This document shows, one piece after another, positions 12,050 through 25,800 of a DNA stretch of 64,000 bases. The notes under the pieces are model-generated. The model was given only the letters and a program-made list of their open reading frames with translations, did not search any database and had not been told where the DNA came from. The stretch comes from Octopus vulgaris (Eukaryota). The stretch spans positions 142,042,001 to 142,106,000 of the forward strand of contig OX597814.1 of the NCBI GenBank assembly GCA_951406725.2, read 5' to 3'. The translations under genes and the position numbers were made by a program. How positions within the stretch are numbered: the stretch's first letter is position 1; each line of letters begins with the position of its first letter.

Positions 12050-13450
12050 AAATCAATGGTGGTATGGTGGTGGTGGTGGTGAAAGTGTTGTTGGTATTGG
12101 TGGTTGTGGTGATTGCTATCGTGATGATGATAATGACGTGATGCTGGGGGGGGATGGATGACGACAACGATGATAATGATGTTGATGATGGTGGTGGTGG
12201 TGGTGGGGATGGTGATGATGACGACATTGATGACAGTGGGGAATGGTAATGGTGATGATGATGCACAATGAGATGGAACCTGACACCTTGTGTGTTTAGA
12301 AGCCAATTTCTTCTCCCAGACTGCTATACTTGCTCAAATTATACACAAACTTTTATTTTTTTACCCTACTTCTTTTTGTTTTTTGTTTTTTTTAATTTCT
12401 TAATAGATAAAAATGCAATACAGGGAGTCAGTTCAATAATCTGCTGTTGTTGGTGACCAAAGATTAAGTGGAGAGTAAGTAGATAGGGAGAGAGAAAGAA
12501 GGAGAGAAAGAGAGGAAGGAGGGAGAGAAACACAGAGAGAGGGGAGAAAAAGAGAGGAAGAAAAGAGAGAGAGAGAATAGCAATGGACTGTAGTGAAATA
12601 GAGGGGGGAGAGGGAGAGGAGATAGCAGTGGATTAGCAGATTAGAGCTGATAAGAAAGAAGATCTTACAATAACCATTTGGCATGTTACTGGGGAAGATA
12701 AGCAGACTGACAGTTAATTAGTGATAGGGTGATAGTTGTGGTGGTGGTGTTGATGACAGTAATGATGATGATGATAATGATGGAGATAGTGGTGATGGGG
12801 TGATGACAGTGGTGAGGATAGTGGTGGTAACACAGAAGTGTTAGCTTTGTCTGCAGTGGGTGTGATAGTGTGGATGATGATGTAGTGATGGTGGTGGCAG
12901 CGGTGTATGGTGGTGGTGGCAGCAGTGGTGTATGGTGGTGATGGTAGTGTATGGTGGCAGTGGCATTGTATGGTGGTGGTGGTTGTGGCATTGTGTTGTG
13001 GTGGTGGCAATAGTGGTGATAGCGGTATGGTGGTCGCAGTAGTGCAAATGTGGTGACAGTGCTACTGATGGTGATGATGATGATGTTAATGGTGATGACA
13101 GTGGTGGAATGGTGGTAGTGGCAGTGGGAGTGCTGAAGGTAGTGGTTGTAGAGGTAGTGGTGGTGGTGGTGGTGATGGTGATAGTACGATGTTAATGATG
13201 GTGTCGCTGATGATGATAGTAATGATAGCACTGGTGGAAGTGACACTGTTGATGGAGCTGATGGTAATGTTGTTGTTGTTCCTGGTGGTGGTGGTGGTGG
13301 TGGTAGTGGTAGTGTTGGTTTTGATGGTATCAGCCATGTTGGAGTTGTGGTGGTGGTAGTGTTGGTAGTAATGGTTGTAACAGTTCTTATAGTGGCAGCA
13401 GTGAGCAGATGCGAAAATATTGGTGATGCAAAAGGTGGTAGTGGTGATTA
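12050..13450. repeat. Low-complexity (GGT/GAT)n and GA-rich tracts
   Basis: Degenerate trinucleotide arrays at ~12055-12265 and ~12720-13450, and a purine tract at ~12480-12620. Confidence 0.9.
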
Positions 13451-13740
13451 TTGATTAACCCCAGGTCAGACCTGATTAAGCAAATCTATGGATTAAAGAC
13501 ATTCCAATCATTACCATACCAGACAAGTTCTTGTAACACAGCATTGTGTGATAAGAGGGAGGTTAGGCCACTATTTCTAGCAGTCTAGGTGACCAGGTAG
13601 AGACACCCCAGATTGGCAGAATTGGTCATTCAGCAGTTACCCTTATTTTACATTCTGGTGATGAACAACAATATCATGAACATTTGTTATCAATGGTGTT
13701 GCTGTTTTGATCAGAAAAATATTGAAGAAATAAAGAGGGG

Positions 13741-14460
13741 AAGGCGTGGCTGTGTAGTAAGAAGTTTGCTTCCCAACCACATAGTTCTGGGTTCAGTCCC
13801 ATTGTGTGGCACATTGAGCATGTGTCTTTGACTATAACCTCTGGCCAACTAAAGCTTTACAAAGGGATTTGGTAAACAGAAACTGTGTATGTATGAGTGT
13901 GTGTGTATGTGTGTGTGTGTGTATGTGTGTGTGTGTGTGTGTGTTTCAAGCCAAGTGAGACCACAACTTTGTGGCCTATGCCAGGGGGTAACCAGCCCAC
14001 TTATGCATACCTTTCCTTCATTGGACACTAAACTGCTTGTGAAGACCTGTTGAGACAAGTGAAATCAAAATCAAATTCAATGACTGGTATCTGTGCTAGT
14101 GGAGCGCTAAGAGCACCATCCAGCTGTAGAAACTCTGCCAGATCAGATTAGAGCCTGGTGCAACCATCTGGTTTGCCAGTCTTCAGTCAAATCGTCCAAC
14201 CCATGCTAGCATGGAAAGCGGATGTTAAATGATGATGATGATGATGATGATGTGTGTGTGTGTCTGTGTTTATGATTATCCTCCACCACCACTTGGCATC
14301 TGGTGTTGGTTTGTTTATGATCCTTGAAACTTAGAGGTTTGGCAAAAGAGACAGATAGAATCAGTACCAGGCTTTAAAAAAAAAAGTTCTACTAAAACTC
14401 ATCCAGGTGATGCTCCAGCATGGCTGCAGTCTAATGACTGAACCAAGTAAAAGATAAAAG
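13741..14460 (+). mobile_element. SINE family A interrupted by a family C copy
   Basis: Head GGCGTGGCTGTGTAGTAAG at 13743. Family C insert at ~13955-14250 inside the (TG)n middle. Tail ACTGAACCAAGTAAAAGATAAAAG. Confidence 0.8.
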
Positions 14461-16719
14461 TCCAAGAATCAATAAAAAAATAAATGAAAATAATAGATGG
14501 AATCGTCCAGATTTTGTTATTGACATAAACTTTACTAATGAGTCAAACACTTAGATCTACGCATTTCAATTTCACTTTTTTCTCTCTAGTGGTCTTTCTA
14601 ATTATTGACTAACTTCTTGTACTATTAGCCGTGATAGAGTAAGATGTTATTTTTATTCAAATACATGATATATGATTTGGCTACAGAATACTGATAAGTT
14701 TGATTGAGAGGTTGCTGAAGTTCGTTGGAGTTGGATACTGTTTTTATCTGGATGAGAAAAACATATTCTAAATATAAATAAATTACAAATCAGTGAAGAC
14801 ATATACATATTGACTGATTGATTATCAATTATATTTGAGAGTATAATTGGCTGTTGAAAGATAGAACCTAGTTGAATTGATAGACTGGTGATGGCTTATT
14901 AGCCAAAACCTCAGGGATTTTTTTTTCTTTTTATATCGTTACAGATACTGTGTTGCATATATGAGAAAGGGAGAGGTCACTTAACCCTCTCAATAGCCTA
15001 ACTGAGCCAGTTAAGTTATCATGGAATATTGTAGTTCACTGTTATAAACAGTGGAAGCATTGTGCTATCAACATCACTACTTAACTAGAGGCATATATTC
15101 CAGGTGTGTTACGTGTGTACTGAACACCCATCGAAAATGGCAAATTTGTTATAAATATTAACCTTACTCATTAAATTTAATCACAAATCATAATGGAAAA
15201 CTTTTGTTATACCCCAGCTTGAAATTTGGTGGTAGCTGTCCTGAAATAACACTGCACACCTCACAGCACATTATATCATTATATGGTACTGGATATATCA
15301 TAGAATATGGGAAAATGGTAAAAAAAATTAATGGCAAAGGGTATGCAACAGCTTTGGCAGCACAGTCACATGTTCATTTGCAAGTTGTACACTTAAATTA
15401 ATTTTAAAATGTTTAAACTAATTTTTTTACAATAATCTTTTTCTTATAATATATCATATAACTTTGATCTTAGTTTGTTTTCAAAAACTAATAAAACACA
15501 GCATTTTGAATAGAAATACACAGTTTGTATGCTTAATTTGAGTAATACTAATCTTAGTCATAGAATGGTCAGTGTGGCAGCAAACCCAGTGACAACAGCC
15601 ACCATACACCACTGTATTTAACATCCTTGGACAGAAGGAGTTGGACAGAAGAAGAGAAACTAGAGGACTGTGTTTAGCATGGATCCTTTTTAATGTGGCA
15701 CCCATTGAAACAAGTTAATTTATGATAATTAATTCACGTTTTCTTTTCCTCTCTGTCTGCAAAACCTACAATGGGACTAGCATGGTGTTTCAATCCTAAA
15801 GGAGGGACCGCCTCTCCGATGCCTTCATTAACAATGATGATGATGACAGTGATATGGTAGCTTGATACTTCTTAACTACAGTGTAATATTTAGAGCAACC
15901 AATCCCATACCTGCTCCCCCACACCAAAAAAAATAACAAACAGACAAAAAAAACTGTTGATTGTATATAATGACTGAATCAACCCAATACTATTATTTAC
16001 CAAGCAAAACTGTCAACCAGCTTCAGTAGAAACCTTAATCAGGTATAAACTCATTCAAGTGTACTGTTGAATTAGGACAGGATATAAAGAATGGTTGTTA
16101 TGTGGCCTCAAGTTAGAGGCCACATAATCCTTCAATCAGACCAGTGGCATGCAAGTAATCAGCTGACAATTGGGTGTGGCCCTCAAATCTGTTCAACATA
16201 TGTTGTGCCTTCACTTAACTAAGGATCATACGATGCAGTCCAATATACAGTGATGATCTATTTTTAGCTTTTTTATCTTTCACTTGTTTCAGTCACTGGA
16301 TTGTGGCCATGCTGAGGCACCACTTTGAAGGGTTTTGTTAGTTGATTAAATCAAGTCCAGCACTTATATAAGTATGGTGATTATTCTATTGGGCCCTTTT
16401 GATGAAATGCTAAGTTACAAGGACATAAACAACCCAACATTGATTATCACGGAATTGGTGGATAAAGTCAGAGTCCCATATATACACACATACATACATA
16501 CATACATACACATACATACATTCAAATGAGATTCTAAGTTCTGTCTATCAAATCCAGTCAAAGTTTTGATTGTTCTGGGACTTGCCCCGGATAACACATA
16601 GTGGAGCTGAACCCAAGACCACATGACTGGAAAGCACGTTTCTTAACCACACAGCCATATCTGTGCTTGTTCATGTACTTTCACCATTGCTCAGTCTATT
16701 TTTGTATTCAACCTTTGAA

Positions 16720-16951
16720 CATTGGGCCTGACGGAGGCCTGAAGTGGCTGAGTCCCTTTTGAGCATTGGACCTGATGGAGGCAAAGTGGCTGAGTTCCTT
16801 TTGAGCACTGGGCCTCATGGAGGCAAAGTGGGTGAGTTCCTTTCGAGTGTTGGGCCTGATGGAGGCAAAGTGGCTGAGTTCCTTTCAAGCATTGGGCCTC
16901 ACAGAGGCAAAGTAGCCGAGTTCCTTTCAAGTGTTGGGCCTCATGGAGGCA
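16720..16951 (+). repeat. 42-bp minisatellite carried by family C retroposons
   Basis: Unit GGAGGCAAAGTGGCTGAGTTCCTTTTGAGCACTGGGCCTCAT, 5-6 copies. The same unit occurs reversed at ~19708-19862, ~27025-27090 and ~28940-29065. Confidence 0.9.
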
Positions 16952-18300
16952 ATGACCAAGACCTTTGGCATTATGTCGTGCTTGAGAGGTCAACTTTGCC
17001 TTTCATCCTTTCAGAGTCAATAAATTAAGTACGCTGTAATCAATTAGTCCCCCTGCCCCAAATTTCAGGACTTGTACCTTTAGTAGAAAGGATTATTATT
17101 ATTATTATTATAACAATAGCATCTCTTTTCCATACTGGCATGGGTTGAATTGTTGGGCAGAATATGAGCCACAAGGCTGTGTCAAGCTCCAATGTTAGCT
17201 TTGGCATGTTTTCTACAGCTGGATGCCCTTCCTTACTGGTTATTAAATTTCACTTCCAATGCATTTGTCAAACCATCATCACAGTAGTTAAGTACCACAA
17301 AGTGGAATCGAATCTGAAACCTTTTGGTTGCAAAGCTAACGTCTTAACTACATAACCATTTGTTTTCGAGCTGAACGTTACAATAGATGCTTTACACTGT
17401 ATATTTAGAGCCAAGCTTATTTCTGACTTCAAATCACACCAGTATCGATAATTAGAAAGAAAAAAAAATTCTTCAGGATTAATAAAATGAACAACAGCAG
17501 TAATAACATATATAACTGGTAATATTTTGGGATTGGTTTAGCCAATTACGATCCTTTTCATTAACATGGAGTCTCATACCTAATTAAATGAAATCAATAT
17601 CGTAACCACATTTCAGTTATTAATCTGTTCAGTTACTGTTCATATATATATATATATATATATACATACTTTGTTTTTCAATTACATAGTTCAGTTTACA
17701 GGATAGCATAGCAGAATATTTAGAAGCTGAAACCTTTTTTCTAATTATATTGTTGCTCGTTATTACCTCAAATATCTATTCTAATTTATCACAAATAAAC
17801 AATAACAACTATGATAGCAACAAAAACAACAGCAATAGCAACAACAACAACAACAGCAGCATCAACATCATTAATAGTAAACCTGTTAATCTTTTTTTCC
17901 TTCTCACCAATATCTACTAAATACTGCAAATTTACTAAGCTGAAATTAATGATATGGTTGATTGGAGCAAATCCTATTTGAAAAGCAATAGAAAATATCA
18001 AGATTTATTTACTCACTAATTATGAATGCAGTTCTTCACTAACACACAATTACAAACACCAATTTAAATCGTTCGTCTAAGATTATAATTATCCGACAAT
18101 TATTTGACTGGAAAATAAGTAAACCATCAACACATTTCTTTTTCTTTTTGTCTTGAATATGTAAAGAGTAAATGTTAGAATACTGCTCTACCACTGCTGT
18201 TGTTGGCATCATTGTTTTAACATCTTCTTTTCTATGCTTGCATGGGTTAGGTGATATTCACTGAGGCAATTTTTCTACAACCAACTATGACCAAATGCCT

Positions 18301-18520
18301 ATTTCTTTACTACCCACAAGGGGCTAAACACAGAGAGGACAAACAAGGACAGACAAATGGATTAAGTCAATTATATCGACCCCAGTGCGTAACTGGTACT
18401 TATTTCATTGACCCTGGAAGGATGAAAGGCAAAGTCGACCTCGGCAGAATTTGAACTCAGAATGTAGCAGCAGACGAAATACCGCTAAGCATTTTGCCCG
18501 GCACACTAACGTTTCTGCCA
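18301..18520 (-). mobile_element. SINE family B with TSD
   Basis: Core GTCGACTTTGCCTTTCATCCTTCCAGGGTCAATGAAATAAGTACCAG. 12-bp TSD GACCAAATGCCT at 18289-18300 and 18521-18532. Confidence 0.9.
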
Positions 18521-19071
18521 GACCAAATGCCTTTCATGCAGTCAACCCTTACGTGTTTCCAAAAAGGGTAATATTTCCTCATGCCTGGCCATGTTTCCAT
18601 GGAAGACTGGAAATAAATGACACTGCTTGTATAACAAGGATATTTGTTTACTATTATCAGATGTTTACAAGACAAGGAGATACAAACATATGCATATATA
18701 TACATATATGTATATACTAATAACATCTAAATTCATTCAACTGTTCAGCTGTGTTGTAGAAGTAGGACAGAATGATATACATACATATACATCATCAACA
18801 TTTAACGTCCATTTTCCTTGGCATGGGTTGGATGGTCTGACCAGAGCTGGCCAGCCAGAGAGCTGCACCAAATTCCAGTCTGATTTGGCATGGTTTCTAT
18901 GGTTGGATGCCATTCCTAATGCTAACCACTTTACAGTGTGTGCTGGGTGCTTTTAATGTGCCACCGCACAAGCACTATTACATGGCGCTGGCATGAGTGC
19001 GTCTATGTGGTACCAGCACAGAACTCTTGAAGGCCAATCCTCTTCACTAAGGGGACTGACCTTAACATTTC

Positions 19072-19310
19072 ATATTTCTTTATTGTCCACAAGGGGCTAA
19101 ACATAGAGGGGAGAAACAAGGACAGACAAAGGGATTAAGTCGATAACATTGACCCCAGTGCGTAACTGGTACTTAATTTATTGACCCCAAAAGGATGAAA
19201 GGCAAAGTGAACCTCGGTGGAATTTGAACTCAGAATGAAAGACAGACGAAATACCGCTAAGCATTTCACCCGGCATGCTAACGTTTCTGCCAGCTTGCCG
19301 CCCTCTGAAA
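19072..19310 (-). mobile_element. SINE family B with TSD
   Basis: Full head GGCGGCAAGCTGGCAGAAACGTTAGC. 10-bp TSD TTAACATTTC at 19062-19071 and 19311-19320. Confidence 0.9.
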
Positions 19311-20873
19311 TTAACATTTCTGCAGTAGAGGACTGGTTGAGTACAGCAAGGTGCCAGGTATCTTGGTCCTTTGTCATCTCATCTGCACATCACATATATG
19401 TGTGTGTGTGTATGTGTATCATCATTATCATCATTTAATGTCCACTGCCCATGCTTGCATGTGTTGGACAGTTTGACCAGGGCTGGTAAGCTGCAAGGCT
19501 GCACCAGACTCCAGTCTGATTTGGCATGGTTTTCTATGGCTGGATGCCCTTCCTAATGCCAACCACTCTGAAAGTGTAGTGGGTGCTTTTAAGTGCTATC
19601 AGCACGGGTACCATTTGTGTGACACTGGTATCTGCCATGACTGATTTTGCTCAGCTTTATGGGTCTTCTTCTCAGCTACGTCATAATGCCAAATGTCTCG
19701 GTCATTGCCTCTGTGAAACCCAACACTTGAAAGGAACTCATCCACTTTGCCTTCATGAGGCCCAATGCTTGAAAGGAACTCAGCCAGTTTGCTTCTGTGA
19801 GGCCTAATGCTCGATAAGAACTGGGCCACTTAGCCTCCATGAGGCCCAACGCTCGTAAGGAACAATATACACACACACACACACACATATATTCTTTTAT
19901 GCTTTTACTTGTTTCAGTCACTTGACCTGGGCCATGCTGGAGCACTGCCTTTTATTCAAAGAAATTGATCCCAGGACTTATTCTTTGTAAGCCTGGTACT
20001 TATTCTATTGATCTCTTTTGCTTAACTGCTAAGTTTTGGGAACATAAACACACCAGCATTGGTTGTCAAGTGATGGTGGTGGGTTGAAAAACACAGACAT
20101 ATATACATATATATACAACAGGCTTCTTTCAGTTTCCTACCAAATTCATTTAAAAGGCTCTGGTCGGCCCGAGGCTATAGTAGATGTCACTTGCACAAGG
20201 TGTCACAAAGTGGGACTGAACCTAGAACCATGTGGTTGGGAAGCAAGCTTCTTACCACACAGCCACTCCTGCACCTATATATCATCATCATCATTTAGTG
20301 TTTGCTTTCCATGCTGATATGGGTTAGACGGCATGACTGGAACTGGTAAGCCAGAGAGCTGCATCAAGTTCCACTCCAATAGTGTAATGGGTGTTTTTTA
20401 TGTGTCACCTGCATGAGTATGTAAAAAGCACCCATCACACTCATATATGGCAGGCTTCTTTCAGTTTCTATCTCACTTTACGAAGTCAATAACATAAAGT
20501 ACCAGTCTAAGTACATGGGTGGATTGTATTGACCAAATCCTCCCTTAAGAATTGCTGGATTTGTGTCTAAGCCAGAAATCGTTATTCCGTCTGTGAGACA
20601 AATTTTTACCAGCTATTCCAGAGTAACAGAGAATCAGAAGGCGGGACGAATTTGTTGTGTGTGTATGTGTGTGTGTGTGTGTTGGGTGTATATCTTAACT
20701 ACATCCACTCGTAAATGATTCCCATGGATACGCAGTTCAGTTTTTGTCTGCAGAGAAATAGTAAAATGTCTCAAGTTTTATTGCAATTAATTGCTTGTTC
20801 ATCCTTGCCAAATGCTACAAATGAAGTAAAGAAATACAATGAAAATGATGCCGCATTGATTGGTATGCAACAC

Positions 20874-20957
<84 letters not shown>

Positions 20958-21809
20958 TGATGTTGATGATAATAATGTAATAAATAATTGGCTTTTTGTT
21001 TATAAACTTTCAATAGTTGTATACTTTGCAAGTTGTGGAATCCATGTATATTTCTCCTTTACACTTTTACTTGTTTCAGTCGTTTTGACTGTGATCATAC
21101 CGGAGCACCACCTTTTAGTCGAAGAAGTTAACCCCCTAGACTTATTCTTTGTAAGCCTGGTACTTATTCTATCGGTCTGTTCTGCTGAACTGCTAAGTTA
21201 CGGGTACATAAACACACCATGATCGGTTGTCATGCAATGGTGGAGGGACAAACACATACAAACACACACACACACACACACACACGTCAACTTTCTCACA
21301 TATATATATATATATATATACACACAACAGGCTTCTTTCAGTTTCTGTCTAACAAATCAACTCACAAGGCTTTGGTTGGCCTGAGGCTATAGTAGAAGAC
21401 ACTTAGCAAAGGTGCCATGCAGTGGAACTGAACCTGGGACAATGTGGTTGGGAAGCAAGCTACTTACCACACAGCCACACCTGCACCTTTGTTAATGATT
21501 TACTCAAAATAGTGGGAGCAACACCTGTGATCCTTTTTAAAGCTTCAATGACCAGAGATTTGGTATGAATGCTTGCAGTAGAGTGAACTCTGTTGAAGGC
21601 ACCCACAAACCAGCTGGTGGTCTTAAAACTAGCTATAGAAATATAATGAAATAAGCCAATGAACTGAAGTGTAGCATTCATCATCACCATGATTCCCAGC
21701 TATCTTCCACATTCATTAAGGATATAATGCAATTAATGTAATAATATGATATAGTCATTACTGTAACAACATCGATTATTATCAGCAGCAGTAGCAGCAG
21801 CATCATCAT

Positions 21810-22276
21810 TTAACTCTCTAGCATTTAAACCGACCATATCCAGTCAAAATTTTCTACTTACTTTATGTTCAAACTGGCCAGATATGGCCTCTCACACCTA
21901 CCCTATAATGTCATTCTAAAAATAAGTAATCACATCGTAAAATTTCAAGTTAATGCAGGATAAATTCAATACAATGTGAATAAATAAGCAATTATATTTG
22001 ACAGAATAATCTTATTTCTTTACTACCCACAAGGGGCTAAACACAGAGGGAACAAACAAGGACAGACAAAGGGATTAAGTCGATTACATCAAACACAGTG
22101 CATAACTGGTACTTAATTTATCGACCCCGAAAGAATGAAAGGCAAAGTCGACCTCGGCAAAATTTGAACTCAGAATGTAACAGCAGATGAACTACCGCAA
22201 AGCATTTCGTCCGGCGTGCTAACGTTTCTGCCAGCTCGCCGCCTTTGACAGAATAATCTGAATGCTGAAGGGCTAA
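21810..22276. mobile_element. TTAA MITE interrupted by a young SINE B (22013-22243, minus)
   Basis: The MITE matches 2931-3157. The SINE is bounded by TTTGACAGAATAATCT at 21997-22012 and 22244-22259. Confidence 0.9.
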
Positions 22277-22565
22277 TGCCTGTGTTTCCATTGCTTGCAT
22301 GGATCAGATGGAATTGGTTGAGGCAGATCTTCTATGACTGTAAGTTCTTCCTGTCGCAAACCCTCACCTATTTCCCAGCAAAGTAATATTTTTCCATGGC
22401 CACACATGGTTTACATGAAGGACTGGAAATGAATAACCTCAGTTGTATGATGATGATGATGATGATGCACATTTATAACCATCACATAATGTCAAGATAA
22501 GAGTACATAGAAACACACACACACACATATGTATGTATCCAACAGGCAAAAAATGAAAAAAAAGA

Positions 22566-22973
22566 TGGCTGTGTGGTAAGTAGCTTGTTTACCAACCACA
22601 TGGTTCCGGGTTCAGTCCCACTGCGTGGCACTTTGGGCAAGTGTCTTCTACTATAGCTTCGGGCCGACCAAAGCCTTGTGAGTGGATTTGGTAGACGGAA
22701 ACTGAAAGAAGCCCGTCGTATATATGTATATATATATATATGTATATGTGTGCGTGTATGTTTGTGTTTGTCTCCCTAGCATTGCTTGACAACCGATGCT
22801 GGTGTGTTTATGTCCCCGTCACTTAACGGTTCGGCAAAAAGAGACCGATAGAATAAGTACTGGGCTTACAAAGAATAAGTCCCAGGGTCGAGTTGCTCGA
22901 TTAAAGGCGGTGCTCCAGCATGGCCGCAGTCAAATGACTGAAACAAGTAAAAGAGTAAAAAGAGTAAAGAGTA
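22566..22973 (+). mobile_element. Near full-length young SINE family A (tRNA-like head, CORE-like segment, LINE-like tail)
   Basis: A/B-box-like TGGCTGTGTGG / GGTTCAGTCCC, then TTGGGCAAGTGTCTT, a central (TA)(TG) microsatellite, a CAGTCA-AA-TGACTG hairpin and a (GTAAAAGA)n tail. More than 10 further copies occur in the window. Possibly one of the described octopus OK/OR SINEs (not verified). Confidence 0.9.
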
Positions 22974-23452
22974 TCTTCAATGAATGATTTGGAAAGTTAA
23001 CACAGGGATAGGCATGACTGTTTGGTAAAGAAGTTTGTCTTGCAACTATTTGGTTTCTGGTTCAGTCCCACTGCACAGCACCTTGGGCACATGTCTTCTG
23101 TTATGGCACAAGGCCCGCCAATACCTTCTGAGTGATTTTAGTCGACAGATCCTGAAAGAAGTCTGTCGTATATGTGAGTGTGTGTGGGGAGGGGTGTCTT
23201 TGTGCTCATTGTCCACCATTGCCACTTGACATATAGACCTCAATATGCAAAAATACAGGAAAGTTATATTATCCTTGATTTCAGTCTGCTCAATCCAGCA
23301 GGAATGGCCTGGGGTTAAATAACAGTAACACTTGTTTGTTTCTTACCAGGTTAAATTTTTTTTGGCATCTTCGAATTCCAAAAGAAGTTCACAATCTAAG
23401 AGATATTTTGTAACTTGATGGATCCTCAGCCACTATTGGTCTCTGGCTATTG

Positions 23453-24215
23453 CAGTGGTCCTCAACTGGAGTTCATATGGCCCCTGAGGGTCCATATAAG
23501 ATTCTTGGGTTTCCATGCAATAAAATTGTAAATTGGGGATCCACAATAGTATTTTAAAGGGACCTGAAAACATTTTGCTTTAGATGTATGTATTGCAAGA
23601 AACAGCTGGGTTTCTTTCTCTAGCATTTTATGTAGTTCAACCTATACAAGTGAATGTGTGAAAAACAAAATAGGAATTTTGAAAGAAGTTTCTATAAAAC
23701 TAGTTTTTAAACACCAAAATGGCTATGGGGGTCCACCAGAATAAAATAGTAATCAAAGGGACCTGTAGGTAAAAAATGGGGATCTTTTCAGTCAACGGCA
23801 GTTTTTAAAAATAATTTCCACGTAACTAAACACTTTTAAACTTCCTATACTGGTAGAATGTGTTTATAAGACATCTTTTTCTCTTGGCTTTATTGAGAAA
23901 ATTCTATAGCTTGTAAGATATTTGTTGTTTTTTTCCGTCAATTTCTGCAATTTCAACCAATCAATGACATCTATTGAGGTAAAAAAAAACATTCTGTGCC
24001 GTATGAATATGTCCCTCGTTTAAGAAACACATTGGGTTTATTTACATTTGTGAAGAAAAAAAGATACCCTTCCCTCCACCCCTAACCCTAAAACAGATTG
24101 AAATGCAATAGATCGATACTAGGGTCATAATTATGGGTGACAATTTCATATGACAAAAATAGAAAAAAAACTGCCGTTCAAACCGAAAAGATCCAAAAAT
24201 GGTTGAGAACCCCTG
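23453..24215. mobile_element. hAT (Charlie-like) MITE with a nested MITE
   Basis: CAGTGGTCCTCAAC ... GTTGAGAACCCCTG termini. TSD GGCTATTG (23445-23452) / GTCTATTG (24216-24223). Confidence 0.85.
23780..24194. mobile_element. MITE with GGATCTTTTC termini and 8-bp TSD (Mutator- or Merlin-like)
   Basis: GGATCTTTTCAGTCAACGGCAGTTTTT ... AAAAACTGCCGTTCAAACCGAAAAGATCC. TSD AAAAATGG at 23772-23779 and 24195-24202. Confidence 0.88.
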
Positions 24216-24329
24216 GTCTATTGAAAGGTTTATAGTTTCATTAAGTCTAACATTGCATCTTACTAGATCATCATCAGCAACATAAGAAATTAATATTTTT
24301 TCACAAAGCTGCTTCAGCATGATAAAAAT

Positions 24330-25800
24330 CTGTATCTTGAAATTTATGATTTATGACTGATGCTATATTTGAGTTTCCTTAAAGCATGACCAATCAGAAT
24401 TAATCTTTTTCAGCATAAAATACCATCAGCCAAGAGAGGCTATTCTCTTACGAAATTATTCATCCATTATTTATTTTCTCATGTAAAAAATAAATGAATA
24501 AATAAACTCCAGTTGTGAACCATAAAACAGAATTATGTTAAGTGTTTATCTCATCTCTTCTGCTGGTGTTTCTATTATTGTCCAGATCTTGTTACTATAG
24601 AACAGAACTGCTTCAATGAATGATTTGGAAAGTTAACACAGGGATAGGCATGGCTGTTTGGTAAAGAAGTTCGTCTTGCAACCATTTGGATTCAGGTTCA
24701 GTCCCACTGCACAGCACCTTGGGCAAGTGTCTTCTGTTATGACACAAGGCTCACCAATGCCTTGTGAGTGATTTTAGTTGACAGATCCTGAAAGAAGTCT
24801 ATCATATATGTGAGTGTGTGTGGGGAGGGATGTCTCTGTCCTCATTGTCCATCATCACCACTTGACAACCAGTGTTGGTTTGTTTATGTCTCCATAACTT
24901 AATGGTTTGGCAAAAGAGGGTGATGGAATAAGCAGTAGCCTTAAAAAAATAAAAGTACCGGGGGGGGGGTGATTTTTGTTTGATGAAGCTTTTTGAGGTG
25001 ATGTCCCAGCATAGCTGCAGTCCAATGACTGAAGCAAGTGAAAGATATGAAAAAGATTTATTCGACTATTGCTGACAGAATAATTCCAAATACAAGGAAA
25101 ATTTGTCTGCTGCTAGCCAAGATAATTAGTGTCTCTGTCAAGAATTATTTTTACTGTCTGCTTTGTCAAATCTGTGATAACAAAAGTGTATGACAATAAG
25201 AAAACAAGTTCCTGAGATGATATATATCATTATAGCACATACAGGAAGTTTTACAGAAAGACAGATACTGAACAGTCTGTCTCCGGTACCATTTCCATTT
25301 TCCTTTTGTAGAGACGTATGCAAGTTTGTCTCCCAGAAATATGCCTCAGGATATTTCAAATTCATTATAGTTGCCAGGAATAGTACACAAGATAAGTATT
25401 AGTTTTAATAAACAAAGCCATAACAACATTAATGAATGAATTTGGCACTTAATAAAAGCATAGGATATCTTGAATTGTAGCTCTGTTTACACAGTCAAAT
25501 GCCTTAGAAAATTTCATGAAAGTTAATAGGAGATTGCATTTTGTTGAGCTGCAGGCATTGATGCATATTCTTAATGATAGCATTTGTTTAGTAGCATTTC
25601 CATTTAGCCTGAAGCTACACTGAAAACTTAAAATTAATTTCTTCAGTTTTATTTTTTAAATTTTTTTGGATATTGCATCTAAAATATTGTTGGGCAAACT
25701 TATGGCAAGCCAATATTGAGAATCAGTTTCAATTATACTTTCAAATGACTTTCAATGATGGAATTGGAAAAATCTTCAAAAGCACCAAGGGCAACTGTTT
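24330..25800 (-). pseudogene. Ancient RTE-group LINE reverse transcriptase relic, interrupted by SINE A (~24647-25050)
   Basis: Motifs in the expected order on the minus strand: FQCSFRLNGNATKQMLSLR, FSKAFDCVNR, GIFLGDKLA, EAVLFYSNKIWT, KRLILIGHALR. Many stops and frameshifts. Confidence 0.75.

Noticed and set aside
12019-13337. His/Thr/Pro-rich ORFs (also 43174-43920)
   Set aside because: Degenerate trinucleotide repeats open in several frames, with no splice or domain support.
16691-17028. 14-aa repeat ORF and CRISPR-like periodicity
   Set aside because: Contiguous 42-bp units with no unique spacers, part of a retroposon, in eukaryotic DNA with no cas genes.
21505-21633. Exon-like minus-strand frame SFKTTSWFVGAFNRVHST..
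   Set aside because: Similar sequence recurs at ~54370-54420, and the opposite strand resembles the decayed C-terminus of an R4/Dong-type LINE, so it is more likely a repeat relic.
22566-22640. tRNA gene
   Set aside because: A/B-box-like motifs are present but there is no cloverleaf; it is a SINE head. The same applies to all family A, B and D heads.
25138-25402. Hydrophobic ORF resembling a GPCR fragment
   Set aside because: It lies within the frameshifted RTE reverse-transcriptase relic.
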